NCBI GenBank assembly: GCA_022819505.1 | Contig: JAJEHD010000015.1 | Coordinates: 1,538 to 65,537, forward strand | Direction of reading: 5' to 3' | DNA length: 64,000 bases | Origin: Acidimicrobiia bacterium | Lineage (GTDB): Bacteria; Actinomycetota; Acidimicrobiia; Acidimicrobiales; Aldehydirespiratoraceae | Part shown: one piece after another, positions 17,409 to 25,748 of the stretch | Position numbering within the stretch: the stretch's first letter is position 1 | Layout of the letters: every line of letters begins with the position of its first letter | The notes under the pieces: model-generated | Told to the model about the DNA's origin: nothing | What the model saw: the letters and a program-made list of their open reading frames with translations, nothing else | The model's database searches: none | Position numbers and translations under genes: made by a program

Positions 17409-18076
17409 ATCGCGAACTGACGTTCAGCGCGGCCGACGGTTGGCCGCTCGGCGCGGTGTTGCACCGACCCGCCTCGGAAGCGGACGTGCCCGCGGTGGTG
17501 ACGGTGGCCGGCTCCCGCCATGAGCGCGACGCCTGGAAGCGCACCTCGGAGTTCCTGGCTCAGCAGGGTGTAGCCACCCTGATGCTGGACATCAGGGGCC
17601 GGGGCGCCAGCCGGGGAGACTGCACCTACGCCCGAATGGGCCCGACGCAGCGTCGCCGGGTGCGTCTCGACGTGGCCAGGGCGTTGGAGGTGGTCGCCGA
17701 TCAGCCCGGAGTGGACCTGGACCGCCTGGGCGTGCTGGCCGAGCAGGACACCGCAGCCGAAGCGGTGGAGGCAGCCGCCGGATGCGTCGGCGTACTCGCC
17801 GTGTGCCTGGTGTCGCCCCGCCACGCCGGCCGCATCGCGGCGGCCCTGGATGCACGGCCGGTGAGCGTCCTCGCAATGGCGTCCACCGAGGATCGCGAGG
17901 GCGTGCGGGCCGCGGTCGACGCCTACCTCGCGTCGGCTCCCGGGGGAAGTGATCTGGCTGTCTTCCACGGCCTAGGCATCGGTATCACGATGGCCTCGGT
18001 GCTCCAGTTCGAACAGCCAGAGGCCGAGCCGCTTGAGGACCGCATCGCCAGCTGGCTCGCCGACCGCCTGGCGTGA
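17405..18076 (+). CDS. alpha/beta-hydrolase-like protein, a paralogous module to the previous gene, nucleophile position substituted
   Basis: ATGA overlap with the upstream gene. It has VVTVAGSRHERD...LDIRGRGAS. The elbow reads LGVLAEQDTA where G-x-S-x-G is expected. Confidence 0.6.
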   Translation: MNRELTFSAADGWPLGAVLHRPASEADVPAVVTVAGSRHERDAWKRTSEFLAQQGVATLMLDIRGRGASRGDCTYARMGPTQRRRVRLDVARALEVVADQPGVDLDRLGVLAEQDTAAEAVEAAAGCVGVLAVCLVSPRHAGRIAAALDARPVSVLAMASTEDREGVRAAVDAYLASAPGGSDLAVFHGLGIGITMASVLQFEQPEAEPLEDRIASWLADRLA

Positions 18077-18092
18077 CGATGGACGGGCCGGT

Positions 18093-18983
18093 TCACGCCG
18101 GCTGATCGGGGATCTGGTACACCCGGTAGGCGGTGCCGGCCAGGATCGCCTGCCGTTCGGCGGCGTCCAGCACCGACAGCACGTCGCGGTAGGCGTCGAT
18201 GAGCCTCCTGTAGGAGCCGTAGCGCCTATCGACGGGCCAGTTCGAACCGAGCATGCAGCGATCGGGGCCGAAGGCTTCCACCGCGGCCAGGATCCAGGAC
18301 CGGATGCTGGCGGTGGTCCAGTCGGGATCGCCCCGGCCCGCTACCGCCGAGATCTTGCACACCACCGACTGGGTCAGGTCCGCCAGTTCACCAAGGGCCG
18401 CCGACCACCCGGCCAGGCTCGCGGCGTTCCGCGAGGACGGCAAGCAGGCGTGGCTCAACACGACGACGACCTCGGGCCAGCGGCGGGCGATATCGACCAC
18501 CACACCGAGTTGGTCGTGGGGGCGCCTCACTTCGACGGAAATGCCCAACCTGCTCGCGGCGTCCAGCGCCCCAGACGCACGGTCCGCGGCGAGGCTCTCG
18601 TAGGCGGTCAGATCCCTCACGCTCCGGAACCGCCGGTGGCGACGATGGCGCTCCAGCAAGTCGGCCGTGTCGGATCGATCGAGCTCGCAGCGGCCCACGG
18701 TGACATCGGGCAGGCCGTAGCGGTCTGCGACCCGCTCGAGCCAGGCGGTCTCAACCTCCGGGTCGGGGATCGGCTCGGCGCAGTGCACGCCGACCACGCC
18801 GACCAGGCCGGTGCCGTCAGCCTCGGCCATCAGGTCCGGGGGCAGGTAACTCGCCGTGCCGTAACCGTCGCCGCTGTCGAACCGGTAACCCGAGAACCCG
18901 GAGTCGAGCCACACCCACTGAAGCTCGCCCGCCGAGCGATCCCAGAAGTGCACGTGCGCATCGACGAACGGCTCGTCGGTCAC
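18093..18983 (-). CDS. amidohydrolase_2 family metal-dependent hydrolase (lactonase/decarboxylase-type TIM barrel)
   Basis: The start FVDAHVHFWD is the HxH metal motif. The GTG start overlaps the stop of the upstream MFS gene. Confidence 0.8.
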   Translation of the reverse strand: MTDEPFVDAHVHFWDRSAGELQWVWLDSGFSGYRFDSGDGYGTASYLPPDLMAEADGTGLVGVVGVHCAEPIPDPEVETAWLERVADRYGLPDVTVGRCELDRSDTADLLERHRRHRRFRSVRDLTAYESLAADRASGALDAASRLGISVEVRRPHDQLGVVVDIARRWPEVVVVLSHACLPSSRNAASLAGWSAALGELADLTQSVVCKISAVAGRGDPDWTTASIRSWILAAVEAFGPDRCMLGSNWPVDRRYGSYRRLIDAYRDVLSVLDAAERQAILAGTAYRVYQIPDQPA

Positions 18984-20413
18984 GGCAGTTTCATCTGCTC
19001 ATCCTCGTCCTCGCTCGGGCGGCGGTTGGTCAGGCCCAGCGACATCACCACTCCGGCCGCCATGATGGCGGTGGCCACCAGGAACCCGTTGTTGTAGGCA
19101 TCCTGCGCCCTCGCCAGCACCTCCGGTTCGCGGCCCATGTCGGTGAGGCTCCCCACATCGCTCACGATGACGGTGGCGATCACCGCCGTTCCCAGCGCGC
19201 CGGCCACCCGGCCGGTGAGGTTCCTCACCGCGGACGCCTGGGTCCGCAGCCGGCGCACCACCGCGCTCAGGCTCAGCAGTGTGGTCGGCATAGCCACCAT
19301 GGCTACCCCGATGCCGGACCCGGCAATGTAGACCACGACCAGCCAGAGCGGCGTCGTTGGGTCGGTGGTCGACAGAAGGCCGGTGGCGACTGCAGCCAGG
19401 GCCATCCCGGTGACGATGGCCGGCTTCGGTCCGAAGCGGTCGGTGACCCGGCCGGCCAGGGGCATGGTGGCTGCGGCCAGGAGGGCGCTGGGAGTGAGCA
19501 CCGCGCCGGCACCGACAGGGCTCAGGCCCCGTACCGCTTGCATTTCGAGGGGTACGAAGACCTGGCGGGAGAACTGGGCCATGGCCAGAGTACCCACGAC
19601 GACCATGCACAGCGTGAAGTCCCGGGAGCTGTAGAGCTTGGGATCGATCAGGGGGTGGGGCGTGCGGGACGCCCGCAGCCAGAAGGCGCTGGCGATCAGC
19701 AGCGACGCCACCATGGTGGCGATGAAGACGGGCGACGACAGTCCCCAGTCGGAGGCGTAGGAGGACGCCGTCAGGAATCCCACCAACGACACCGTGAACA
19801 ACCCGGTGCCGAGCAGGTCCATCGGACGTCGCTCCCCTGGCGACTCGGCCGGAACGAAACGCAAGGCGGCGAGGAGCAGCAGCCCGCAGACCGGAGTGAA
19901 GCCGAGGAACAGCCACCGCCAGCTGGTGACGGTGACCACCCAGCCGCCCAGCAGGGGCCCCAGCGCGGGGGCGATCATGAAGAGTCCGCCGCTGTAGCCG
20001 ATGACCCGGCCCCGAGTCTCCGGCGGGGTCATCTCGTAGATGAGAAGAGTCCCGACGACGAGCGTGGCGCCGCTGCAGAGACCCTGCCCGATGCGGGCCA
20101 CCACCAGCGTCACCAGGTTGGGGGAAGCCGCCGCCAGGACCGCGAAGGCCGCGAACCCGCCCAACGCCAGCAGGAAGACCGGGCGGAGCCCCCACCGGTC
20201 GGCCAGCCACCCCGTCGGTGCCTGGGTCACGCCGAGCGCCAGCAGGTGAGCGGTGACGACCCACTCGATCCCGGTGTTTGCATCGAGGCCGGCGGCGATC
20301 GAAGGGAGGGCGACATTCACCACGTTGGAGTCGAGGAATCCGACCAGCGTCCCGGACAGCACGAGAGCCAGGCTCAGGCGCTTGCCCGCTCGGCCTCTTG
20401 GTCGGTTCGTCAA
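18980..20413 (-). CDS. MFS transporter, DHA2 (14-TM, EmrB/QacA-like) type
   Basis: The N-terminus is LVGFLDSNVVNVALPSI, followed by GWLADRWGLRP (motif A). It is long and hydrophobic throughout. Confidence 0.85.
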   Translation of the reverse strand: MTNRPRGRAGKRLSLALVLSGTLVGFLDSNVVNVALPSIAAGLDANTGIEWVVTAHLLALGVTQAPTGWLADRWGLRPVFLLALGGFAAFAVLAAASPNLVTLVVARIGQGLCSGATLVVGTLLIYEMTPPETRGRVIGYSGGLFMIAPALGPLLGGWVVTVTSWRWLFLGFTPVCGLLLLAALRFVPAESPGERRPMDLLGTGLFTVSLVGFLTASSYASDWGLSSPVFIATMVASLLIASAFWLRASRTPHPLIDPKLYSSRDFTLCMVVVGTLAMAQFSRQVFVPLEMQAVRGLSPVGAGAVLTPSALLAAATMPLAGRVTDRFGPKPAIVTGMALAAVATGLLSTTDPTTPLWLVVVYIAGSGIGVAMVAMPTTLLSLSAVVRRLRTQASAVRNLTGRVAGALGTAVIATVIVSDVGSLTDMGREPEVLARAQDAYNNGFLVATAIMAAGVVMSLGLTNRRPSEDEDEQMKLP

Positions 20414-21249
20414 GGCGAGCCACCGGAGGGCACGTCAACCCGGGCGGCGACGATACGACCGACCGGCGGGCCGGTGGGATCCAGGGAGGCGGCCTCCGAA
20501 TAGGTGCACACGAACAGGGTCCGACCGTCGTCGCCGCCCAGTGTGCAGGCGAACGCCCCCTCGGCGCCGGTCGAGATCCTGTCGAGCACCCGTCCCCCGT
20601 CGGCCACCCGCACCACCTCACAACCGAGCGGGTCGGCGAACCACACCGCTCCCTCGGCATCGAGGCAGATGCCGTCGGCCACCCCACCGCCGAGATCGGC
20701 GAACACCCGCCGGCTGTCAAGGCTCCCGTCGTCGGTGATGCTGAACGCGGTCAGCCGTCCGGCCGAGGACTCGGCCACGATCAACTCGGTGGCGCCGGCG
20801 GTGACCACCGACCCGTTGGGGAAGCCGAGGTCGTCGGCCACGACCCGGGCCGCTCCGGAGGGTTCTACCAGCACGATGTGCCCCCCAGCGGGCTGCTCAC
20901 CGCTGGCGAGGTCGTAGCCGAAGTCGCCCACATAGGCCCGTCCCGCCGGATCGACGACCATGTCGTTGCACTTGCCTCGGGTGAGAGGCTCCAGGTCGGC
21001 GACCTCGCTGAGCCGGCCGGGGCCGGCCCGCAGGAGGCGCCGGTCCCCCATCGAGACCACGAGAAGGTCACCCTCCGGCGACCAGCCCAAGCCTCCCGGA
21101 TCGGCCGCGACCGCTGCCACGGGAACCGGACCGTCGGGGTCGAGACGAACGACCCGCCCGGCACGCTTCTCGGAGAACCAGAGGCGACCCTCGCGCCACC
21201 GGGGGCTCTCCGGGAACCGGAGCCCGCCCAACACCTCCTCGAGGATCAC
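20410..21249 (-). CDS. SMP-30/gluconolactonase/LRE-like beta-propeller protein
   Basis: Contains LRFPESPRWREGRLWFSE and repeated DP.G....D/G...NG blocks. The stop overlaps the next start (TTGA). Confidence 0.8.
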   Translation of the reverse strand: MILEEVLGGLRFPESPRWREGRLWFSEKRAGRVVRLDPDGPVPVAAVAADPGGLGWSPEGDLLVVSMGDRRLLRAGPGRLSEVADLEPLTRGKCNDMVVDPAGRAYVGDFGYDLASGEQPAGGHIVLVEPSGAARVVADDLGFPNGSVVTAGATELIVAESSAGRLTAFSITDDGSLDSRRVFADLGGGVADGICLDAEGAVWFADPLGCEVVRVADGGRVLDRISTGAEGAFACTLGGDDGRTLFVCTYSEAASLDPTGPPVGRIVAARVDVPSGGSP

Positions 21250-21323
21250 CGGCGTTCTCCTACCAACCGTCCTGCCAACCCCCCAAGACGGTCGCGCCTC
21301 ACGGGCATGTTCCTGGGCGGCGA

Positions 21324-22979
21324 TCAGCCATAGGCGGCTCTCCGGACCGTTCCGTAACGGATGATCGGTGTCGCCTCGGGTGAGACGGGGATCTCGACCA
21401 CCGACGGTCCCGGGGTCTCGAGCGCTTCGGAGATGGTCGAGGCGATGGACTGGCCGCCGTCGATCCGGCGGCCGTCAGCCCCCATCGCCCGGGCTGTAGC
21501 CGCGAAGTCGACGGGGCTGAAGTCTGTGTTGTAGGGCATGTTCATCCGGGACTCGACGTGGCGGATCCAGGCCAGGGAGGAGTTGTTGAGCACCACCGTG
21601 GTGAGGTCGAGCCCGTACCGGACCGCGGTCTCGGTCTCGCAGAGTCCGTAGCCCCACCCGCCGTCGCCGGTGAGGGCGACCACCCTGCCCTCGGGGCGGG
21701 CCACCCGAGCCCCGAGCGTGGCTCCGGGAGCCCAGCCGAGCCCGGCCAGGCCACGGGGTGCCAGCATTCCCGGACCGGCCCGCTTGACCCGGAAGTAACG
21801 GGCTCCCCATCCCGACGACAGCGACGCCTCGCACACCAGCATGTCGTCAGGGCCGAGCAGGTCGTCGAGGGCAGCCACCACCTCCTCGGGGCGCACGGCC
21901 CCGTCACCGCCAGCGGGATCCTCATCAGGCCGGATGCCGTCGATCCATCCGGTGGGCGAACCGGACCATCCGTCAAGCGCCTCGGCCAGCGCCATGAGGA
22001 ACGACCGTGCGTCGGCGACTGCTCCGGTGTGGGCGGGAATGGCCCGCCCGATCTCGGTGGCGTCGATGTCCACTTGCACGACGGTCTGGCCGGCCGCGGG
22101 GAGGCGCCATCCGTGAGTGCCCAGCTGGGAGTGCTTGGTGCCGACCGCGACGATCAGATCGGCGGCCTGCACGACCAGGTTCCCTCGCTGGGAGCCGAAA
22201 CCCCCGACGACGCCGGCCGACAACCGATGGCGCTCATCGATGGCGCCCTTGCCGTTGAGCGAGGTCGCCACCGGGAGCGAGCATCCCTCCGCCAGGGCGG
22301 ACAGGGCGGGCGCGGCCCCGCTGAACACCACCCCGCCCCCGGCCAGAACCACCGGTCGCTCGGCCTCCCGGATCATCCCGGCGACCGTCTCGACTAGCTC
22401 CGGCTCCGGGTGGGGCCGGTGCCGGGGAAACCGGCGGTCCGCGCCGGTGATGGGCCGGCGCCGGGACCCGTCGGCCGCACCCAGGAAGATGTCCTCGGGG
22501 ATCGACACCACAACCGGCCCGGGACGGCCGGCCGTGGCCACCCGCAGCGCCTGGTCGACCACCTCGTCGAGCGCGGCCGGCTCGTGGACCCTTCCGACCC
22601 ACTTGGTGACCGCGGCCAGGGTCTCGGACTGCTCGAAGGACTGCGAGGCCACCGAGTAGCGCCTCAGATGCTCGGCGTCGCGCCGGGTGTCGGCCACCAC
22701 CGCCACCACCGGGATCGAGGAGGCCTGCGCCTCGGCCAGACCCGACACGAGGTTGGTGGCCCCCGGTCCCACGGTGGCGTCGCAGACGCCCACGATGCCG
22801 GTAAGGCGGGCGTAGGCGTCGGCCGCGGTCACCGCGTTGCGTTCGTCGCGCACCACCAGGTGCCGGACATCCGCGCCACTCGAAGCGGCGTACAGCGGAA
22901 GGGTCTGCCCGCCGGGAACACCGAAGAGCGCCCCGTCGACGTCGGCTACCAGGCCCAGTAGGCGCTCCCCGACGGTCAT
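21324..22979 (-). CDS. thiamine-diphosphate-dependent enzyme, acetolactate-synthase-like fold
   Basis: The start is taken at ATG 22979 (MTVGERLLGLV...VPGG). It has GPGATNL and a GDGGWGY...VLNNSS ThDP motif. The 54 upstream codons of the long ORF run through the AT-rich promoter region. Confidence 0.85.
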   Translation of the reverse strand: MTVGERLLGLVADVDGALFGVPGGQTLPLYAASSGADVRHLVVRDERNAVTAADAYARLTGIVGVCDATVGPGATNLVSGLAEAQASSIPVVAVVADTRRDAEHLRRYSVASQSFEQSETLAAVTKWVGRVHEPAALDEVVDQALRVATAGRPGPVVVSIPEDIFLGAADGSRRRPITGADRRFPRHRPHPEPELVETVAGMIREAERPVVLAGGGVVFSGAAPALSALAEGCSLPVATSLNGKGAIDERHRLSAGVVGGFGSQRGNLVVQAADLIVAVGTKHSQLGTHGWRLPAAGQTVVQVDIDATEIGRAIPAHTGAVADARSFLMALAEALDGWSGSPTGWIDGIRPDEDPAGGDGAVRPEEVVAALDDLLGPDDMLVCEASLSSGWGARYFRVKRAGPGMLAPRGLAGLGWAPGATLGARVARPEGRVVALTGDGGWGYGLCETETAVRYGLDLTTVVLNNSSLAWIRHVESRMNMPYNTDFSPVDFAATARAMGADGRRIDGGQSIASTISEALETPGPSVVEIPVSPEATPIIRYGTVRRAAYG

Positions 22980-22992
22980 GTCACCCACAGCG

Positions 22993-23010
22993 AGTTTAGT
23001 ATACTGTTTG
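22993..23010. promoter_or_regulatory. AT-rich palindromic box, site 2 of 10 (AGTTTAGTATACTGTTTG), in a divergent promoter region
   Basis: It lies between the minus-strand ThDP operon (start 22979) and the plus-strand transporter operon (start 23056). The core AGTATACT is a perfect palindrome. Confidence 0.6.
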
Positions 23011-23055
23011 TGGCTTTGGGATGCGCTGGCAAACGGGCCTGAACGGGAGCGGACA

Positions 23056-25287
23056 ATGGTGCTGACACCGGCCGCGACTGAGCGCATCTCGTCCCTGACG
23101 CCGACGCTCACCCCGCGTCCCAAGTTCCACGTCACCCGCAAGCTGGTGGGTGTCTGGAAGTGGCCGCTGGTGCTGCTGACGGCCGTCTACACGATCAACG
23201 TGAGCGACCAGTTCCTGCTGTCGTCCATGTTCCCGCTGCTAAAGCGCGAGTTCGGGCTGTCCGACACCGCTCTGGGAATCCTCAGCGGCTCCTACCTGAT
23301 CAGCGTCACGCTCGGCACGGTGCCGTTCGGCGCGCTGGCCGACCGCTACAGCCGCACCAGGATCATCGCCTGGGGGACGGCCGCCTGGGGTGTCACCATG
23401 ATCTTCACCGGGCTGGCCAGCGGCTTCGTCATGCTGCTGCTGGGACGGATGGTGCTCGGTCTCTGGGATCCGTGCGACAACCCGACCTCGCAGTCGCTGC
23501 TGGCCGACTACTACCCGGTGAACCAGCGCTCCAAGGTGATGGGCATCTACCAGATGGGGCAGCTCACGGGCTTCTTCCTGTTGCCCATCGGGGGGCTGAT
23601 GGGCCAGGCCTGGGGCTGGCGGGCCACCTTCTTCTTCTTCGCGCTGCCCGCCTTCGTGGTGGCCCTGCTTAGCTGGCGCCTGCCCGAGCCGGTGCGGGGC
23701 GTCCAGGAGCGTCGCCACCAGCGCCTCGAGTCCGACGAGAGGGCGGTCATCCCATCCAGGTTCCAGAGCATCCCGGTGGTGGATGCCTACCGGCACATAC
23801 TGCGGTGCCGCTCCTACACCGCCAGCCTGGTGTCGTCCGCGGTCGGGAGCCTGTTCTTCGGCGGCATCGGCGTGTGGACGCCCACGTTCCTGATCCGCTA
23901 CCACGACCTCGACATCGCCGAGGCCACCACCGCGCTGAGCGTGGTGGCCGTGGGCGGCCTCGTGGGTGTGCTCACCGCGGGAAACCTCGCCGACTTCCTG
24001 ACCCATGCGGGCTACACGTCGGCCCGTATCGGCGTGGCCGGCATCGCCCGCCTGATCTCCGCGCCTCTGTTCATGGCCGCCTTCCTGGTGGGCTACACGC
24101 CGCTGATGCTGGTCCTGCTCTCATTCGGCGCCCTGTTCCTGGTGGCCGCGATCCCCCCGCTCAACGCAGCCCGGGTCGACGTGCTGCATCCTGATCTGCG
24201 CGGCCGGGGCACCTCTCTCGACGCGGTGACCCAGAGCCTGGCCTCGGCCGCCTCGCCGGTGATCTACGGCATGATCGCCGATGCCGCCGACCTGCGGACG
24301 GCCTACATGGTGCTGATCCCGCTGGCGGCGCTGGCCGGGCTGATCCTGATGACCTTCGCGCTGGCCAGCTACCGGCGCGACGAGCAGGCCGTCCAGGCGA
24401 TGGTCCGCCAGGAGCACGCCGAGCACGTTGCCGGCCTGACCAGGAGCGCCGAACCGCCTGCCGAGACCGCCGAGGCCGTCGAGGCGCCAACGCCCGCAGG
24501 GCCGCGAGCGGAGGCTGACCCGGCCGGTGCGGACGAGTCCGGGAGCGAGGTCCGGGACGCCGCCCGGGGTGACCCCCTGCTTCACATCGAGGGCCTGGAC
24601 TTCTCCTACGGGCCGATCCAGGTGCTATTCGGCATCGACATGACGCTGCCGGAGGGCGGTTGCCATGCGTTGGTGGGCCGCAACGGGGTGGGCAAGACCA
24701 CCCTGCTGGCCAACATCGGCGGGCTCCTGCACGCCCAGTCGGGCCGGATGTTCTTCCGGAACCAGGACCTGGTCGGCATACCTCCCGAGCAACGGGCCAA
24801 GCTGGGCATCACCCTGATGGCCGCGGGTCAATCGATCTTCGGATCGTTGAGCGTGCGCGACAACCTCTGGTTCGGCGCCTACCCGTTCGCCGGCAGCAGC
24901 AGCCTGGTGGGAAGCCGCCTCGAGGAGGTGCTCGACGTGTTCCCCGCACTCGGCAGCCGCCTCGATCAGCGGGCCGGCACCCTCTCGGGCGGTGAGCAGC
25001 AGATGGTCGCCCTCGGCCGGGCGCTGGTGGCCGGGCCGGACCTGCTGCTGATCGACGAGTTGAGCCTGGGCCTGGCCCCGACCGTCACCGCGGAGCTCCT
25101 CAAGGTGGTGGAGCGCATCGCCGCGCTGGGAACCACGATCCTGCTGGTCGAGCAGTCGATCGGGGTGGCGCTCTCGGTGGCGGACTCCGTGTTCTTCATG
25201 GACCGGGGCCGGGTGAGCGAACTGGGTCCGGCGACGGCCCTCGATGCCGACGAACTGGCCCACCGGCTCCTGGAGAGCCAGCAATGA
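23056..25287 (+). CDS. fusion protein: MFS domain plus C-terminal LivF-like ABC ATPase (paralog of 9617..11680)
   Basis: ATG at 23056 follows GGGAGCGG. MFS motif A is GALADRYSRTR. An Ala/Glu/Pro linker spans ~24370-24575. The ATPase then shows GRNGVGKTT, LSGGEQQM and LLLIDELS. Confidence 0.85.
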   Translation: MVLTPAATERISSLTPTLTPRPKFHVTRKLVGVWKWPLVLLTAVYTINVSDQFLLSSMFPLLKREFGLSDTALGILSGSYLISVTLGTVPFGALADRYSRTRIIAWGTAAWGVTMIFTGLASGFVMLLLGRMVLGLWDPCDNPTSQSLLADYYPVNQRSKVMGIYQMGQLTGFFLLPIGGLMGQAWGWRATFFFFALPAFVVALLSWRLPEPVRGVQERRHQRLESDERAVIPSRFQSIPVVDAYRHILRCRSYTASLVSSAVGSLFFGGIGVWTPTFLIRYHDLDIAEATTALSVVAVGGLVGVLTAGNLADFLTHAGYTSARIGVAGIARLISAPLFMAAFLVGYTPLMLVLLSFGALFLVAAIPPLNAARVDVLHPDLRGRGTSLDAVTQSLASAASPVIYGMIADAADLRTAYMVLIPLAALAGLILMTFALASYRRDEQAVQAMVRQEHAEHVAGLTRSAEPPAETAEAVEAPTPAGPRAEADPAGADESGSEVRDAARGDPLLHIEGLDFSYGPIQVLFGIDMTLPEGGCHALVGRNGVGKTTLLANIGGLLHAQSGRMFFRNQDLVGIPPEQRAKLGITLMAAGQSIFGSLSVRDNLWFGAYPFAGSSSLVGSRLEEVLDVFPALGSRLDQRAGTLSGGEQQMVALGRALVAGPDLLLIDELSLGLAPTVTAELLKVVERIAALGTTILLVEQSIGVALSVADSVFFMDRGRVSELGPATALDADELAHRLLESQQ

Positions 25288-25748
25288 CCTCGTCGCCGGA
25301 CCTGCTGGAACGCAGCGCCCGAACGGCGACGCGGCTGCTGGGACCGTGGTGGAACGAGCGGACCCGGCGAGTGCTGTTCGCGGTGGTGATCACCGCCGGC
25401 TTCGTGGTCGGACTGGTGCTCGGCCTGCTCCAGGTGTACGACCGGGAGGTCCTCGACGTGGGCGAGCCGCGGGTCCGGGTGGAGGGGCTGACCGCGACGG
25501 TGCAGGTGACGGTGCGCAACACGTCCGAGGACGTCGCCTACTGCCCGGTCGTGGCGGTCGCCGCTCTCGACCGGGACGGCCTCGACCTGGCCAAGGCCAC
25601 CGCCGCCCCCGACTTGGGCGACGCCCGGCTGGCCCCCAAGGCCAGCACCAACTTCGTGGGGGTGCTGACCGGAATCAGCCGGCAGGACTTCGATGAGCAG
25701 CTCAGCGAGTACGCCGCCTTCGTCGAGCAGGAGAACCCCTGCCCATGA
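25284..25748 (+). CDS. small single-pass membrane protein with a ~100-aa extracytoplasmic domain, function unknown
   Basis: ATGA overlaps occur at both ends. It has one TM helix (VLFAVVITAGFVVGLVLGLL), then beta-rich VRVEGLTATVQVTVRNTS..., and coding-like composition. Confidence 0.6.
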   Translation: MTSSPDLLERSARTATRLLGPWWNERTRRVLFAVVITAGFVVGLVLGLLQVYDREVLDVGEPRVRVEGLTATVQVTVRNTSEDVAYCPVVAVAALDRDGLDLAKATAAPDLGDARLAPKASTNFVGVLTGISRQDFDEQLSEYAAFVEQENPCP

